From Candidatus Thalassarchaeum betae (GTDB lineage Archaea > Thermoplasmatota > Poseidoniia > Poseidoniales > Thalassarchaeaceae): a stretch of 64,000 nucleotides of DNA. Positions 9,598-18,456 of the stretch are shown piece by piece (within the stretch, counting starts at the first letter, position 1; every line of letters begins with the position of its first letter). The notes beneath the pieces are model-generated. The model ran no database searches. It saw only the letters and a program-made list of their open reading frames with translations, and was not told the DNA's origin. A program made the translations under genes and the position numbers. The stretch is from positions 33,095-97,094 of the forward strand of contig PSPG01000006.1 of assembly GCA_003193925.1 (NCBI GenBank), written 5' to 3'.

Positions 9598-10740
9598 TCA
9601 CTCTCCCTTCCACTCTCGGTACTGGATCCATTCCTGTTGCATGTACTCGTTCACCAGGCGCTCCTCTTCCTCATCTGACGGCATGACCTCAATGAGGTAC
9701 TCCTCCCAAGCGGCCTCATCGCCCTCGAATGGCTCGCCGTGAACGGTATACCTCTGTCCGGCGTACTTGCCGATTTCACGGTTGAACCTGTCCGAGGGGA
9801 CGTAGAGGTCTGGCTCGCCCTTCTTGCGCACCTTGCTGATTCGCCGCATCTCGTCGCACAGCTCCTGGTAGTACAACTCGCGGCTGGCCTCGTTCAGGTG
9901 CTCCCTGTCCGCAGCCCCCTGCGCCTCGCGCTCGTCGTAGCGCCCCTTGATCCCGTATACATAGGCCCACTGGGCACTGGTCGATTCGTCCGTGCCGAAC
10001 AGGTCGAGGCCGGTGCTGGCCCACTTGTTGACGTACTTCTGGATTAGGGCGCACGGGATCGCTCCCTGCTTGACGATCCGGCGTAGGCCGTTCGCCCCCG
10101 TCCCGAGGTGGAACGACTCCTCCTTGAGCATCGGGCCCATGCTCGCTGCGAGAGGCTTGAACGAGGAAGTGCTGAGCATCTTCAGCTGGTACTTGCCGTC
10201 GCGGTCGATGAAGTGAGTGAACATGAAGAAGTCCAGCCAGTGGTCTATAGGCTCGTTGAACGAGCCTAGGACCCTGGTGCCCTCCTGTGCGTTGCGCTCG
10301 AGCAGCTTGGCAGCCTCACGGACGCCCCGCTCGCCGAAGAAGGTGCACAGCAGATAGGCCATCTGCCAGCCGTGGCGCTGCTCCTCGCACATGATGCGCA
10401 GCGCCGACTTACGGTCGTACTCGGTCGGGGCGGAAGCGAGAAGGTGGTTCTGCTGCTCGACTGAGGCGAACTCGGTGTCGCCCTGGACGCTGACCATGTT
10501 GATGATCGCGTCACGGATGGTCTGCTGGGGGATATGCATTCCACGCTCCCATTTGGGCTTGCCCTCGAAGTCCCCGAACTCGATCTGGCTGCCTGCGGTG
10601 TCCCAGTCGAACTTGATGTCGAAGCGGTAGTCGCCCAGCCACGATGGGTCGAAGCCGATTCTGGTTTGCCACTCGCTGAAATCCTGAATCCACACCTCGA
10701 AGTTCTGTGTGTAATCCTGCACAATCTCACCGTCGGCCAT
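9598..10740 (-). CDS. boxB: Benzoyl-CoA epoxidase subunit B-like di-iron oxygenase
   Basis: QGDTEFASVEQQ, EEQRHGW, FIDRDGKYQL, EESFH motifs match BoxB, including two ExxH di-iron motifs. Confidence 0.85.
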   Translation of the reverse strand: MADGEIVQDYTQNFEVWIQDFSEWQTRIGFDPSWLGDYRFDIKFDWDTAGSQIEFGDFEGKPKWERGMHIPQQTIRDAIINMVSVQGDTEFASVEQQNHLLASAPTEYDRKSALRIMCEEQRHGWQMAYLLCTFFGERGVREAAKLLERNAQEGTRVLGSFNEPIDHWLDFFMFTHFIDRDGKYQLKMLSTSSFKPLAASMGPMLKEESFHLGTGANGLRRIVKQGAIPCALIQKYVNKWASTGLDLFGTDESTSAQWAYVYGIKGRYDEREAQGAADREHLNEASRELYYQELCDEMRRISKVRKKGEPDLYVPSDRFNREIGKYAGQRYTVHGEPFEGDEAAWEEYLIEVMPSDEEEERLVNEYMQQEWIQYREWKGE

Positions 10741-10752
10741 GCACCAACGGCA

Positions 10753-10807
10753 CTGATAACAGGTATATCAAACGCTGTATCAGAGATTCGCACTCTTTAG
10801 AGTGCGA
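10753..10807. promoter_or_regulatory. Inverted repeats around the boxB promoter
   Basis: CTGATA..TATCAG (10753-10783) brackets an AT-rich box; TCGCACTCT-tt-AGAGTGCGA perfect IR (10788-10807). Confidence 0.45.
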
Positions 10808-10812
10808 TTCGC

Positions 10813-11670
10813 TCAATTACCCTCGAATTCGGGAACTTCCCTCTTGACGTAGGCCGCGATCCCCTTCTTCGCATCGCCGCTCTGGAACAGATCCGACTGC
10901 AGCTCCCTCTCGAGGGCCAGGTGGTACTCCAGCGGTATCTCCATACCGCTCTGGACGCTTCGCTTGATGTTCCCTATTGCCTTGCTGGCAGCGTAGGGCA
11001 GAGTGAACTGCCCGGCGTAGTCCATGACGTCCTGGCGAAACTCTTCGAGGCTGCCGGCCCAGACATCGTGGACGAGGGACATCTCCTTGGCTTCCTCGTA
11101 GGAGAACTTGCGACCGGTCACCATGATCTCCATCGCCTTCGCCTTGCCGACTAGTCGGGAGAGGCGTGCGGTGCCGCCGGTTCCGGCGAGCACGCCGAGG
11201 GAGACCTCGGGCAGGCCGACCTGACCAGAGTCCTTGCGGCCGATTCGGATGTCGGCGGCCATAGCGATCTCCAGACCGCCGCCGACCGCGTGGCCGTTGA
11301 GGGCGGCAATGACGAGCTTGGGAGTCTGCTCGAGCCTGCTGAGGGTCTCATTGGCATGCAGGCAGAAGAAGTACTTGAAGCCGGGAGTGACCGAGTCGAG
11401 CATGCTGATGCTGGCACCCGCAGAGAAGAACTTCTCGCCGTGCCCGGTCATCACTATCACGGTGACGTCATCGTCGAAGCGAGAGCGCAGCACAGCCTCG
11501 TCGATGTCCCTCATCATGGCGTGGGTGTAGAGGTTGACCGAGGTCTTGCCTTCGACCAGGGGCTCACCCTCTGAATCGGAGCATAGTTCGATGACGGCGA
11601 TTCCGTTGGCCGTCACTCCGTAGTTCACCAGGTTGTTCGGCATCGGCTCCAGTTCTGGCCAAGAGGTCAT
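10813..11670 (-). CDS. Crotonase-family enzyme, probable BoxC-like ring-opening hydrolase
   Basis: KFFSAGASI, FCLHANET, GHAVGGGLEIA, LPEVSLGVLAGTGGT; directly upstream of boxB. Confidence 0.8.
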   Translation of the reverse strand: MTSWPELEPMPNNLVNYGVTANGIAVIELCSDSEGEPLVEGKTSVNLYTHAMMRDIDEAVLRSRFDDDVTVIVMTGHGEKFFSAGASISMLDSVTPGFKYFFCLHANETLSRLEQTPKLVIAALNGHAVGGGLEIAMAADIRIGRKDSGQVGLPEVSLGVLAGTGGTARLSRLVGKAKAMEIMVTGRKFSYEEAKEMSLVHDVWAGSLEEFRQDVMDYAGQFTLPYAASKAIGNIKRSVQSGMEIPLEYHLALERELQSDLFQSGDAKKGIAAYVKREVPEFEGN

Positions 11671-11723
11671 GCTCGCGCCACCGAGGGCCGCCATATCAAT
11701 CAAACGGGCCCAGAGGACGCCTT

Positions 11724-12950
11724 CTAGGCGTCACTCTCGCCGAACGAGGTCTTGACCCCGCTCCTGCGGATCGCGTCCCACTGAGCACCGATTTCGACGG
11801 CGCGGACGCTGGGCTCCCAAATGTCACGGCTCAGCGACTTCCTGAACGGCATGCGGTACACGGTCCTCCCGTCGGCCAGCCGCTTGCGACGGAGCATCCC
11901 AAGTTTCACTATCGGCCAGAGCAGACTCCAGACGATTCCCGGCTTGTACAGCCACCTCATGAAGGCCAGACCGTCCCCCTTCTTCTCTTGGTCGCGCATC
12001 CAGTGGTTGGCTACCATCTTGAAGCCGCGGTCTCCGACCCGATTCATCAGGAAGCGATTGATCGCACTGGTCCTGACGAGAGGAACGAGGCGACCACGGA
12101 CCTCGGTCTCGTAGTCGCACTCGCCTAGGATCGACTTGGCGGCGAGCACGCCGCTGGTGATCGCGTATCTCATCCCGAAGCCCCACATGCAATCCTGCAG
12201 CCCGCCGGCCTCGCCGACGTAGTACCGCCCCTCATGGACGTACTTGTTCGGCTGCGCGAAGTCGCCCTTGCCGCCGACCCTCTTGATGGGTCTGCGGTTG
12301 AGCACGTAGCGCTGCTCGTACCAAGCGATGGTCTCGTTGAGGTAGCGGGAACTCTTACTCTGCTGGCGCCACAGGCACGTGCAGATCAGTCCGATGCCGT
12401 CGATGACGATGAGGTAGGTGTACGCCCCTGGTCCCAGTTTGTCGTTGAGCTGGAAGCTAACCTGGTTGGGATGGTCGGTGTGAAAGATCTCCCCGTACGC
12501 CACCGCGCTCGTCTCCTTCGGGCCTGCGGCGATGATATGGCAGTCCCCGGGCTCCCTCCGAGTGTCGTAGTGGATCTCGGCCCCCGCCTCCACCGCCATC
12601 CGCTTGAAGCCCTGGTCGATGCAGTGCTCGTCCGTCCCACGCTCGACGACGCGGAATGCGATTCCCTCGGTGTGGACATTGGTGATCACATCGTCCGGGT
12701 GTATTAGGTCGACACCGTTGAACGCGTCTGACTTGAATTCCTCCGGGTCGAAGCCCCACTCGCGCATCTCGTCGAAGAAGTCCCGCTCGCTGGTCCAGTT
12801 CTCGATTCCCTGGAAATCACCGTCGAACCGAGCTCCGCTGTCGCTGCGTATCTCGTGGACGTGAACTTCGTGGCCGGCCTTAGCCAGATAGGTGGCAGCG
12901 GCGAGGCCCGAGAGACCTCCGCCGAGGACGTGGATGGGCTCCTCACTCAC
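11724..12950 (-). CDS. FAD-dependent oxidoreductase, geranylgeranyl reductase-like
   Basis: GGGLSG Rossmann motif, VGEAGGLQD..GFGMRYAITSG; start at GTG 12950. Confidence 0.75.
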   Translation of the reverse strand: MSEEPIHVLGGGLSGLAAATYLAKAGHEVHVHEIRSDSGARFDGDFQGIENWTSERDFFDEMREWGFDPEEFKSDAFNGVDLIHPDDVITNVHTEGIAFRVVERGTDEHCIDQGFKRMAVEAGAEIHYDTRREPGDCHIIAAGPKETSAVAYGEIFHTDHPNQVSFQLNDKLGPGAYTYLIVIDGIGLICTCLWRQQSKSSRYLNETIAWYEQRYVLNRRPIKRVGGKGDFAQPNKYVHEGRYYVGEAGGLQDCMWGFGMRYAITSGVLAAKSILGECDYETEVRGRLVPLVRTSAINRFLMNRVGDRGFKMVANHWMRDQEKKGDGLAFMRWLYKPGIVWSLLWPIVKLGMLRRKRLADGRTVYRMPFRKSLSRDIWEPSVRAVEIGAQWDAIRRSGVKTSFGESDA

Positions 12951-12970
12951 GGTAATGCTACCGAACACCC

Positions 12971-13008
12971 CCGCTTGAACGGTTGGGTGTGCCGTCGCGT
13001 TCAAGCGG
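12971..13008. promoter_or_regulatory. Back-to-back divergent promoters forming an inverted repeat
   Basis: CCGCTTGAACG..CGTTCAAGCGG; each TTCAAG lies 28-29 nt upstream of a divergent start (12950 and 13028). Confidence 0.6.
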
Positions 13009-13027
13009 CGGACCCCGATGGCACGGC

Positions 13028-13450
13028 ATGCACCGCATACACGTGCGCATCGAGCCGGAGCGACTAGACCCGGAGGAGCTGCGCGAGCTGGTCGACTCGG
13101 ATGGCTGCGGCAGCGTGGTCACCTTCGTCGGGCTTACTCGTGGCGAGGACAACGGAGTGACCGTTGAGAGACTCGAGTTCGATGCTTGGGAGGAGCGCCT
13201 ACCAACGGTCCTCGAGGAACTCGCCGAGCAGGCATTCGGCCAGTTCGGCGTGAGTTCCGTGGTACTTGCTCACCGGACCGGCTCGGTCGGGCCAGGTGAG
13301 CCCATCGTGTGCATCCACGTCGGCTCGGCCCACCGAGCTGAGGGCTTCGAGGCCTGCAGTTGGCTCATTGACGAACTGAAGCGCCAGGCGCCGCTATGGA
13401 AGAAGGAGATCCGCGCCGACGGAGAGGTCTGGAAGGCAGGACTCGGCTGA
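13028..13450 (+). CDS. moaE: Molybdopterin synthase large subunit
   Basis: GSVVTFVG, HRTG, SAHR, IDELK..APLWKKE. Confidence 0.93.
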   Translation: MHRIHVRIEPERLDPEELRELVDSDGCGSVVTFVGLTRGEDNGVTVERLEFDAWEERLPTVLEELAEQAFGQFGVSSVVLAHRTGSVGPGEPIVCIHVGSAHRAEGFEACSWLIDELKRQAPLWKKEIRADGEVWKAGLG

Positions 13451-14797
13451 TCATCTCGCGTCCATGGCCCCGCTCACGCTGGCGACGGCCTCGGGCACGT
13501 TCGCCGCGATCCCCTCGACCATCATCCAGCCGTGTCCCTTCACGCCGTCGCCGACTAGACGGACTCCCTCCACGCCGATGTCCGAGGGCAGCTCAGCGCC
13601 TTGCGGGGCACGGTTGCACGGCCAGTTTCGGTGGTAGGTGTGCACGCACAACTCCTCACCGTGGTCGGCAAGCCAGGGAATCGCATCGTGGAGATCCTCG
13701 CGACCCTTGTCGATCTCGGACTTGACGCTCGGGTCGGGGACGTGCTGGTGTGTGATCATCATGTGCTTGCCCTCGGGGGCCAGACTCGGCTCTGAGAAGG
13801 TAGGGAGAACGTAACCACCGACCCTCTCGAGATTTGGCAGCATGGTGACGCCGCTGCTGCGATGCGGGATGTCGTCGTCCAGGGCGAACACGAATCCGAT
13901 TCCGCCGACCGCCTGAGTGTTGCGCACTTGCTCTCTGACTCCAGCGGCGACCTCGAAGTCGTCTGAGAGCGCCGCCAGAAGGTTCGGATGGCCGCCGTTG
14001 TGGATGATCGAGTCGGCGCCGACCCAGATCCCCTCTTGGCGCCCCCTGCGCCTCACACCTATGCAGAACCGATTGCCCTTGGTCGACTCCTCAGCGTCAC
14101 CGGGGAGTATCTCGGTCACCTCGTTGGAGAGTTTCACTCGAGCGCCATTCTCCCTTAGATCCGCGCGCAGACCGTTTATCACGCCCTTGCACCCGCCCTT
14201 GGGGACTGCTGGCCTGTCGCTCCAGAACGAGTTCTGCAGCATCTTGACGACGGTAGAGGCAGGCATCTGGTCGAATCTCAGGCTGATCGCGAAGTTGGCG
14301 AAGGCATCGGCAAAGTCGACGAACTCCTCGGAGAACCTCTTTGACATCCATGTTCTCCCATCCTCAGTCTCATCACCCCACGGGTGATTGGCACGCTTCA
14401 GCAGCAGCCTCGGGAGATTGAGGGTGTCCCTGACTGAGAACCAGGGGAGTATGCCGTATACCGAGTTCGCCTCCTGTAGCTTACCGTCTTTCATCCGGCA
14501 TGCGAACTTGGTGGTCGGGAGGAACTCCACCCCATGCCGACCGAGATCCAGACCTCCCGAGATTTTCTTGCCCAGCAGGAGTTTGGCGAAAGGACCCTTG
14601 CGACCGTGCGGGATCATGTGGACGGCGCCGGTGGGAATCTGGAAGCCGTCGTGGTCGTGCTGGGTGAACCTGCCACCGGCGAAGGACATCCTGTCGTACA
14701 CCGTGACATCGTACTTCTGTGTCTGCGCGAGGCAGGCTGCGGAGGCCAGTCCTCCGACGCCCGCGCCGATTACCACGGCCTTGGGCTTCTCGCTCAT
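13451..14797 (-). CDS. Phytoene dehydrogenase-like FAD oxidoreductase
   Basis: GAGVGG, GGRFT, TGAVHMIPHG, PKGGCK, VGDGVKG. Confidence 0.8.
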   Translation of the reverse strand: MSEKPKAVVIGAGVGGLASAACLAQTQKYDVTVYDRMSFAGGRFTQHDHDGFQIPTGAVHMIPHGRKGPFAKLLLGKKISGGLDLGRHGVEFLPTTKFACRMKDGKLQEANSVYGILPWFSVRDTLNLPRLLLKRANHPWGDETEDGRTWMSKRFSEEFVDFADAFANFAISLRFDQMPASTVVKMLQNSFWSDRPAVPKGGCKGVINGLRADLRENGARVKLSNEVTEILPGDAEESTKGNRFCIGVRRRGRQEGIWVGADSIIHNGGHPNLLAALSDDFEVAAGVREQVRNTQAVGGIGFVFALDDDIPHRSSGVTMLPNLERVGGYVLPTFSEPSLAPEGKHMMITHQHVPDPSVKSEIDKGREDLHDAIPWLADHGEELCVHTYHRNWPCNRAPQGAELPSDIGVEGVRLVGDGVKGHGWMMVEGIAANVPEAVASVSGAMDAR

Positions 14798-14806
14798 CGG
14801 GGCACC

Positions 14807-15067
14807 TCAGGAGTAGACGAGGGCACCGGTCGGACACCACAGCAGGCACCTCAAGCAGTCCGTGCAGTTATCGTCGATGACTTCGCACAGGCCCTCGACG
14901 ATCAGCGCATCGTCCTTGCATGCCATCAGGCAGTACGAGCAGCCCACGCAGAGCTCGTCGATGACCTGTAGTTTGACGCCTTCCTTGGCCGGTCTGTCGT
15001 GCGAGAGGCCCGAGACAAGTTCGGGCACCGTGCCCGGAGTCGCCTTCTTCCGGAACGCCTCGGCCAT
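14807..15067 (-). CDS. 2x[4Fe-4S] ferredoxin
   Basis: CVGCSYCLMAC and CTDCLRCLLWCP motifs. Confidence 0.88.
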   Translation of the reverse strand: MAEAFRKKATPGTVPELVSGLSHDRPAKEGVKLQVIDELCVGCSYCLMACKDDALIVEGLCEVIDDNCTDCLRCLLWCPTGALVYS

Positions 15068-15173
15068 GCAGGCCCATTTCGCCCTCCATATTTCAGTTCG
15101 ATGCAGTCCCGCCGCCGGTCTGAATAGGGATGATGCCCTCGGCGAGGTGCGCGCAAAGGCGGATGGTGCTGGT

Positions 15174-15632
15174 ATGGAGGAGTCCTGGACCGGAATCGTG
15201 GATGTCGGCTCGAAGCCGGTGGTTGCGCGCGAGGCCGTGGCCACGGGGCTGCTGGTGCTCTCGAACGAGGGCATCGACGTCGTCGCAAACGGGCGCTCGC
15301 CCAAGGGAGATGTCCGCGAGGCCTCAACGGTAGCAGTCATCCAGGCCGTCAAGGAGACCCCCCGCACTCTGCCTCACTGCCATCCCATACCTATCGAGGG
15401 CTGCACTGTCGACTGGAAGGTCGAGGACAACGGCCTGCGTTGCACCGTCTCGGTGCGTACCCACTGGACCACCGGCGTCGAGATGGAGGCGCTGTGCGGA
15501 GTCAATGCGGGCTTGTTGTGCGCTTGGGACATGCTCAAGCCGATCGAGAAGGACGCTGACGGGCAGTATCCCATCTCCAAGATCGAGGACGTCCGGGTCC
15601 TGCGTAAGAGCAAGGGCGACCCGCATGATTGA
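15174..15632 (+). CDS. moaC: Cyclic pyranopterin monophosphate synthase
   Basis: VDVGSK, KGDV, LPHCHPI, TGVEMEAL, WDMLK. Confidence 0.93.
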   Translation: MEESWTGIVDVGSKPVVAREAVATGLLVLSNEGIDVVANGRSPKGDVREASTVAVIQAVKETPRTLPHCHPIPIEGCTVDWKVEDNGLRCTVSVRTHWTTGVEMEALCGVNAGLLCAWDMLKPIEKDADGQYPISKIEDVRVLRKSKGDPHD

Positions 15633-15656
15633 ATGCTGAGGCTCACTCGGCCCACC

Positions 15657-16604
15657 ATGGCGACTATCGACCTCGCCGAGCACTTCCTGCAGGCCACTGA
15701 GGCGGCTGCCGTCGCAGCCTCTGCTTGGAAGGGCATGGGAGACCGGAAGGCCGCCGACGGCGCGGCGGTCGAGGCCATGCGCGCTGTGTTCGACAAGGTC
15801 CCTTTCGACGGCCGAGTCGCCATCGGAGAGGGCGAGCGCGACGATGCTCCGATGCTGTGGATTGGCGAGCCTCTGGGCTCGATGCAGGGCGAGCCCGACG
15901 CACCGAGGATAGACATCGCCGTGGACCCGCTCGAGTGCACCAACCACGTCGCCCTAGACCTGCCCAACGCGATGGCCGTGCTGGCAGCCGCCCCCCGCGG
16001 CTGCCTGCTGCACGCACCCGACTGCTACATGGACAAGATAGCCGGACCGGCTGCTGTGGCAGGCGAGGTCAGCCTTGAGGCCGACGTCTCCTACAACGTC
16101 GAGGCCGCCTGCGCCGCTCTCGACAAGCCTTCTTCCGAGCTGCGCATCGTCGTCATGGACAGGCCGCGGCACGAGCAGTTGATACGCGATCTGAAAGAGC
16201 ACGACGTTGACATCGTACTCATTGGCGACGGTGACATCGCAGCCGCTCTCGACTCCGCCGACCCCAACTCCGACATCGACATGCTGATGGGAATCGGGGC
16301 GGCCCCCGAGGGAGTCATCACCGCTACAGCGCTGAGGGGATTGGACGCACCGTTCGAGGGACGACTCGTGTTCAAGAACGATGGTCACAGAGAGCGCGCC
16401 GAGAGTATGATCGACGGAGACGTCGACAGGATATGGGGGCGCGATGAACTCTGCTCATCGGATGATTCGGTGTTCATCGGCTCGGGCGTGTGCACCGGGC
16501 GGACAAGGGGGGTGGAGATCTTGGACGACGGTCGCGCCTCTGTGCATTCAGAGATTATCGACGTGAACTCTGGCGAGCACACCTATGTATCCTCCGTGCG
16601 ATGA
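15657..16604 (+). CDS. glpX: Class II fructose-1,6-bisphosphatase
   Basis: ADGAAV, IGEGERDDAPML, DIAVDPLECT, DRPRH, DGDI, APEGVI. Confidence 0.93.
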   Translation: MATIDLAEHFLQATEAAAVAASAWKGMGDRKAADGAAVEAMRAVFDKVPFDGRVAIGEGERDDAPMLWIGEPLGSMQGEPDAPRIDIAVDPLECTNHVALDLPNAMAVLAAAPRGCLLHAPDCYMDKIAGPAAVAGEVSLEADVSYNVEAACAALDKPSSELRIVVMDRPRHEQLIRDLKEHDVDIVLIGDGDIAAALDSADPNSDIDMLMGIGAAPEGVITATALRGLDAPFEGRLVFKNDGHRERAESMIDGDVDRIWGRDELCSSDDSVFIGSGVCTGRTRGVEILDDGRASVHSEIIDVNSGEHTYVSSVR

Positions 16605-16645
16605 GTTCTTCTCCATCCACTTGCACGTTCGCATGAGGCACTACT

Positions 16646-17665
16646 GTGGACACCGGATTGCTTGAGAGGGCCGCTAGCGAACTCGTGGCTCCCGGCAAGG
16701 GCGTCCTAGCAGCGGATGAGAGCAACGGCACGATGTCGAAGCGTCTGGCCGCCGTGGGGGTGGAGCCCTCGGCCGAGACCCGGAGGTCATACCGGGCCAA
16801 CTTGCTTGCCACCGTCGGCTACGAGTCAGCTGTGGGAGGAGTGATACTGTTCGACGAGACCATGCGGCAGAGCATGGATGACGGGACTTCCATTCCAGAC
16901 GCCCTGATAGCCAGGGGGGTACACCCCGGAATCAAAGTCGACACCGGGGCCAAGGACCTCGCACACCGCCCCGGTGAGAAGATCACAGAGGGCCTCGACG
17001 GCCTGCGCGAGCGCTGCTCTGAGTACTTCCAGATGGGCGCTCGCTTCGCCAAGTGGCGGGCGGTGATCAAGATTGGCGACGGGATACCGAGCGCTGCTTG
17101 CCTCTCGACCAACGCCCACGCGCTCGCGCGCTACGCCTCAATCTGCCAGGAGCAGGGCCTCGTACCCATCATCGAGCCCGAGGTCCTGATGGAGGGCTCG
17201 CACGACGCCCAGCGCTGCTACGACGTGACCGCTGAAATCCTCGATGCTACCTTCGCAGCCTGCGACGAGCAGGGAGTGCACATACCCGGTGCACTCCTCA
17301 AGCCGAACATGATCATAGCGGGGAATGACTGTGCGAACCAGATTTCCCGTGAGGAAGTGGCGAGAATGTCAGTCGACTGCCTGACCAACCACGTTCCTCA
17401 CGACCTGCCGGGGGTCGTCTTCCTCTCAGGAGGGCAGTCGGACGAGGACGCCACGGCCCATCTCAACCTGATGAACCAGATAGGAGCCGGGCATCCCTGG
17501 CAACTCTCATACTCCTACGGCCGGGCGCTTCAGGCCCACGCTCTGAAGACTTGGGCTGAAGGAGGGGCCGACTCTTCGGCGGCCAGCCAAGACATGTTCG
17601 CACACAGGGCCAAGATGAACAGCCTCGCTCGAAGCGGTGACTGGAGCTTGGACCTCGAGGCCTAA
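16646..17665 (+). CDS. Class I fructose-bisphosphate aldolase (eukaryote-type Glycolytic family)
   Basis: GKGVLAADES, GIKVD, FAKWR, VPIIEPEV, LLKPNM, FLSGGQS, SYGRALQ. Confidence 0.95.
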   Translation: MDTGLLERAASELVAPGKGVLAADESNGTMSKRLAAVGVEPSAETRRSYRANLLATVGYESAVGGVILFDETMRQSMDDGTSIPDALIARGVHPGIKVDTGAKDLAHRPGEKITEGLDGLRERCSEYFQMGARFAKWRAVIKIGDGIPSAACLSTNAHALARYASICQEQGLVPIIEPEVLMEGSHDAQRCYDVTAEILDATFAACDEQGVHIPGALLKPNMIIAGNDCANQISREEVARMSVDCLTNHVPHDLPGVVFLSGGQSDEDATAHLNLMNQIGAGHPWQLSYSYGRALQAHALKTWAEGGADSSAASQDMFAHRAKMNSLARSGDWSLDLEA

Positions 17666-17917
17666 TCAGTTTTCGTCCAAGGCACCGGGCCTCAGTTGCC
17701 AAACGCATATCTCGTAGCGGCCGGAGAGCGCGCCGCCGCGCTTGGTTGTTGCGACCTTCATGATGTCCTTGTCCTTGGAGAGGACGTTGCCCAGTTGTTG
17801 GGGGGTGGTTCCGTGGCGCATCGTCGAGTTGACGTGCTCGAGTATCTCGGTGGTGTTCGCCTCTCCCCTCACATCCAGGAATTTCTTAATCTTCTGTCGT
17901 AGTCTTGTCGTCCTCAT
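17666..17917 (-). CDS. Small basic winged-helix protein (DUF3860-like)
   Basis: Basic 83 aa with NTTEILEH..QQLGNVLSKD..W pattern; family recalled, not searched. Confidence 0.7.
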   Translation of the reverse strand: MRTTRLRQKIKKFLDVRGEANTTEILEHVNSTMRHGTTPQQLGNVLSKDKDIMKVATTKRGGALSGRYEICVWQLRPGALDEN

Positions 17918-17931
17918 GGCATATCTCTCCT

Positions 17932-18198
17932 TCACTTCTTGTCGGGCTTCGCACGCTCATGGTGCCTAACCCACTTCTCGGTGGCCCACTCCGAGAGGGG
18001 GGGCGCGCTGCCGGTCATGCCGCTTCTGCGAACCGTGCCGATGCGAACGATCGAACTGTCAGACTCCAGAAGAGCCGCGACGTCAGCACCCTTGGCTTCG
18101 TCATCGTGGCGATTCAGCCAAACTGCGATTTCCGCTGTGTTGCGTGGCCGCTCTGAGAGGTAATTTCGGACAATTTCCCGGACTCTCTCCGCGCCCAT
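17932..18198 (-). CDS. Diverged paralog of the adjacent DUF3860-like protein
   Basis: RNTAEIAVWLN..VAALLESD..IVRIG..W aligns by eye with the neighbouring protein. Confidence 0.6.
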   Translation of the reverse strand: MGAERVREIVRNYLSERPRNTAEIAVWLNRHDDEAKGADVAALLESDSSIVRIGTVRRSGMTGSAPPLSEWATEKWVRHHERAKPDKK

Positions 18199-18282
18199 CT
18201 CTCCCCGCTCCAACACGATATCAGAACCGGCGACCGGTCCGATGGGCGTAGGGTGGCGGGCGCTGATATAACCGTTCTGCAC

Positions 18283-18456
18283 GAAATCACTCTTCTTCGT
18301 TACACATAGTTGCGAGAATATGGCGTGTTTTCAGGTCAGTAGTAGGTGTAGAAATGAAACTGGCACATTCTCTATAGGAAATATGTAATTAAATGTAACG
18401 AAATAGGATAATTTATTACATCGACCTTAGGTAGTTGTATTCGGAGGTGGTCAGTA
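18283..18456. promoter_or_regulatory. AT-rich divergent control region with TGTAA inverted repeats
   Basis: TTCGTTACA (18296)/TGTAACGAA (18394); ATGTAA (18383)/TTACAT (18416); RBS GGAGGTG before 18457. Confidence 0.5.

Noticed and set aside
14862-15173. MoaC N-terminal extension
   Set aside because: It is the antisense shadow of the ferredoxin gene.
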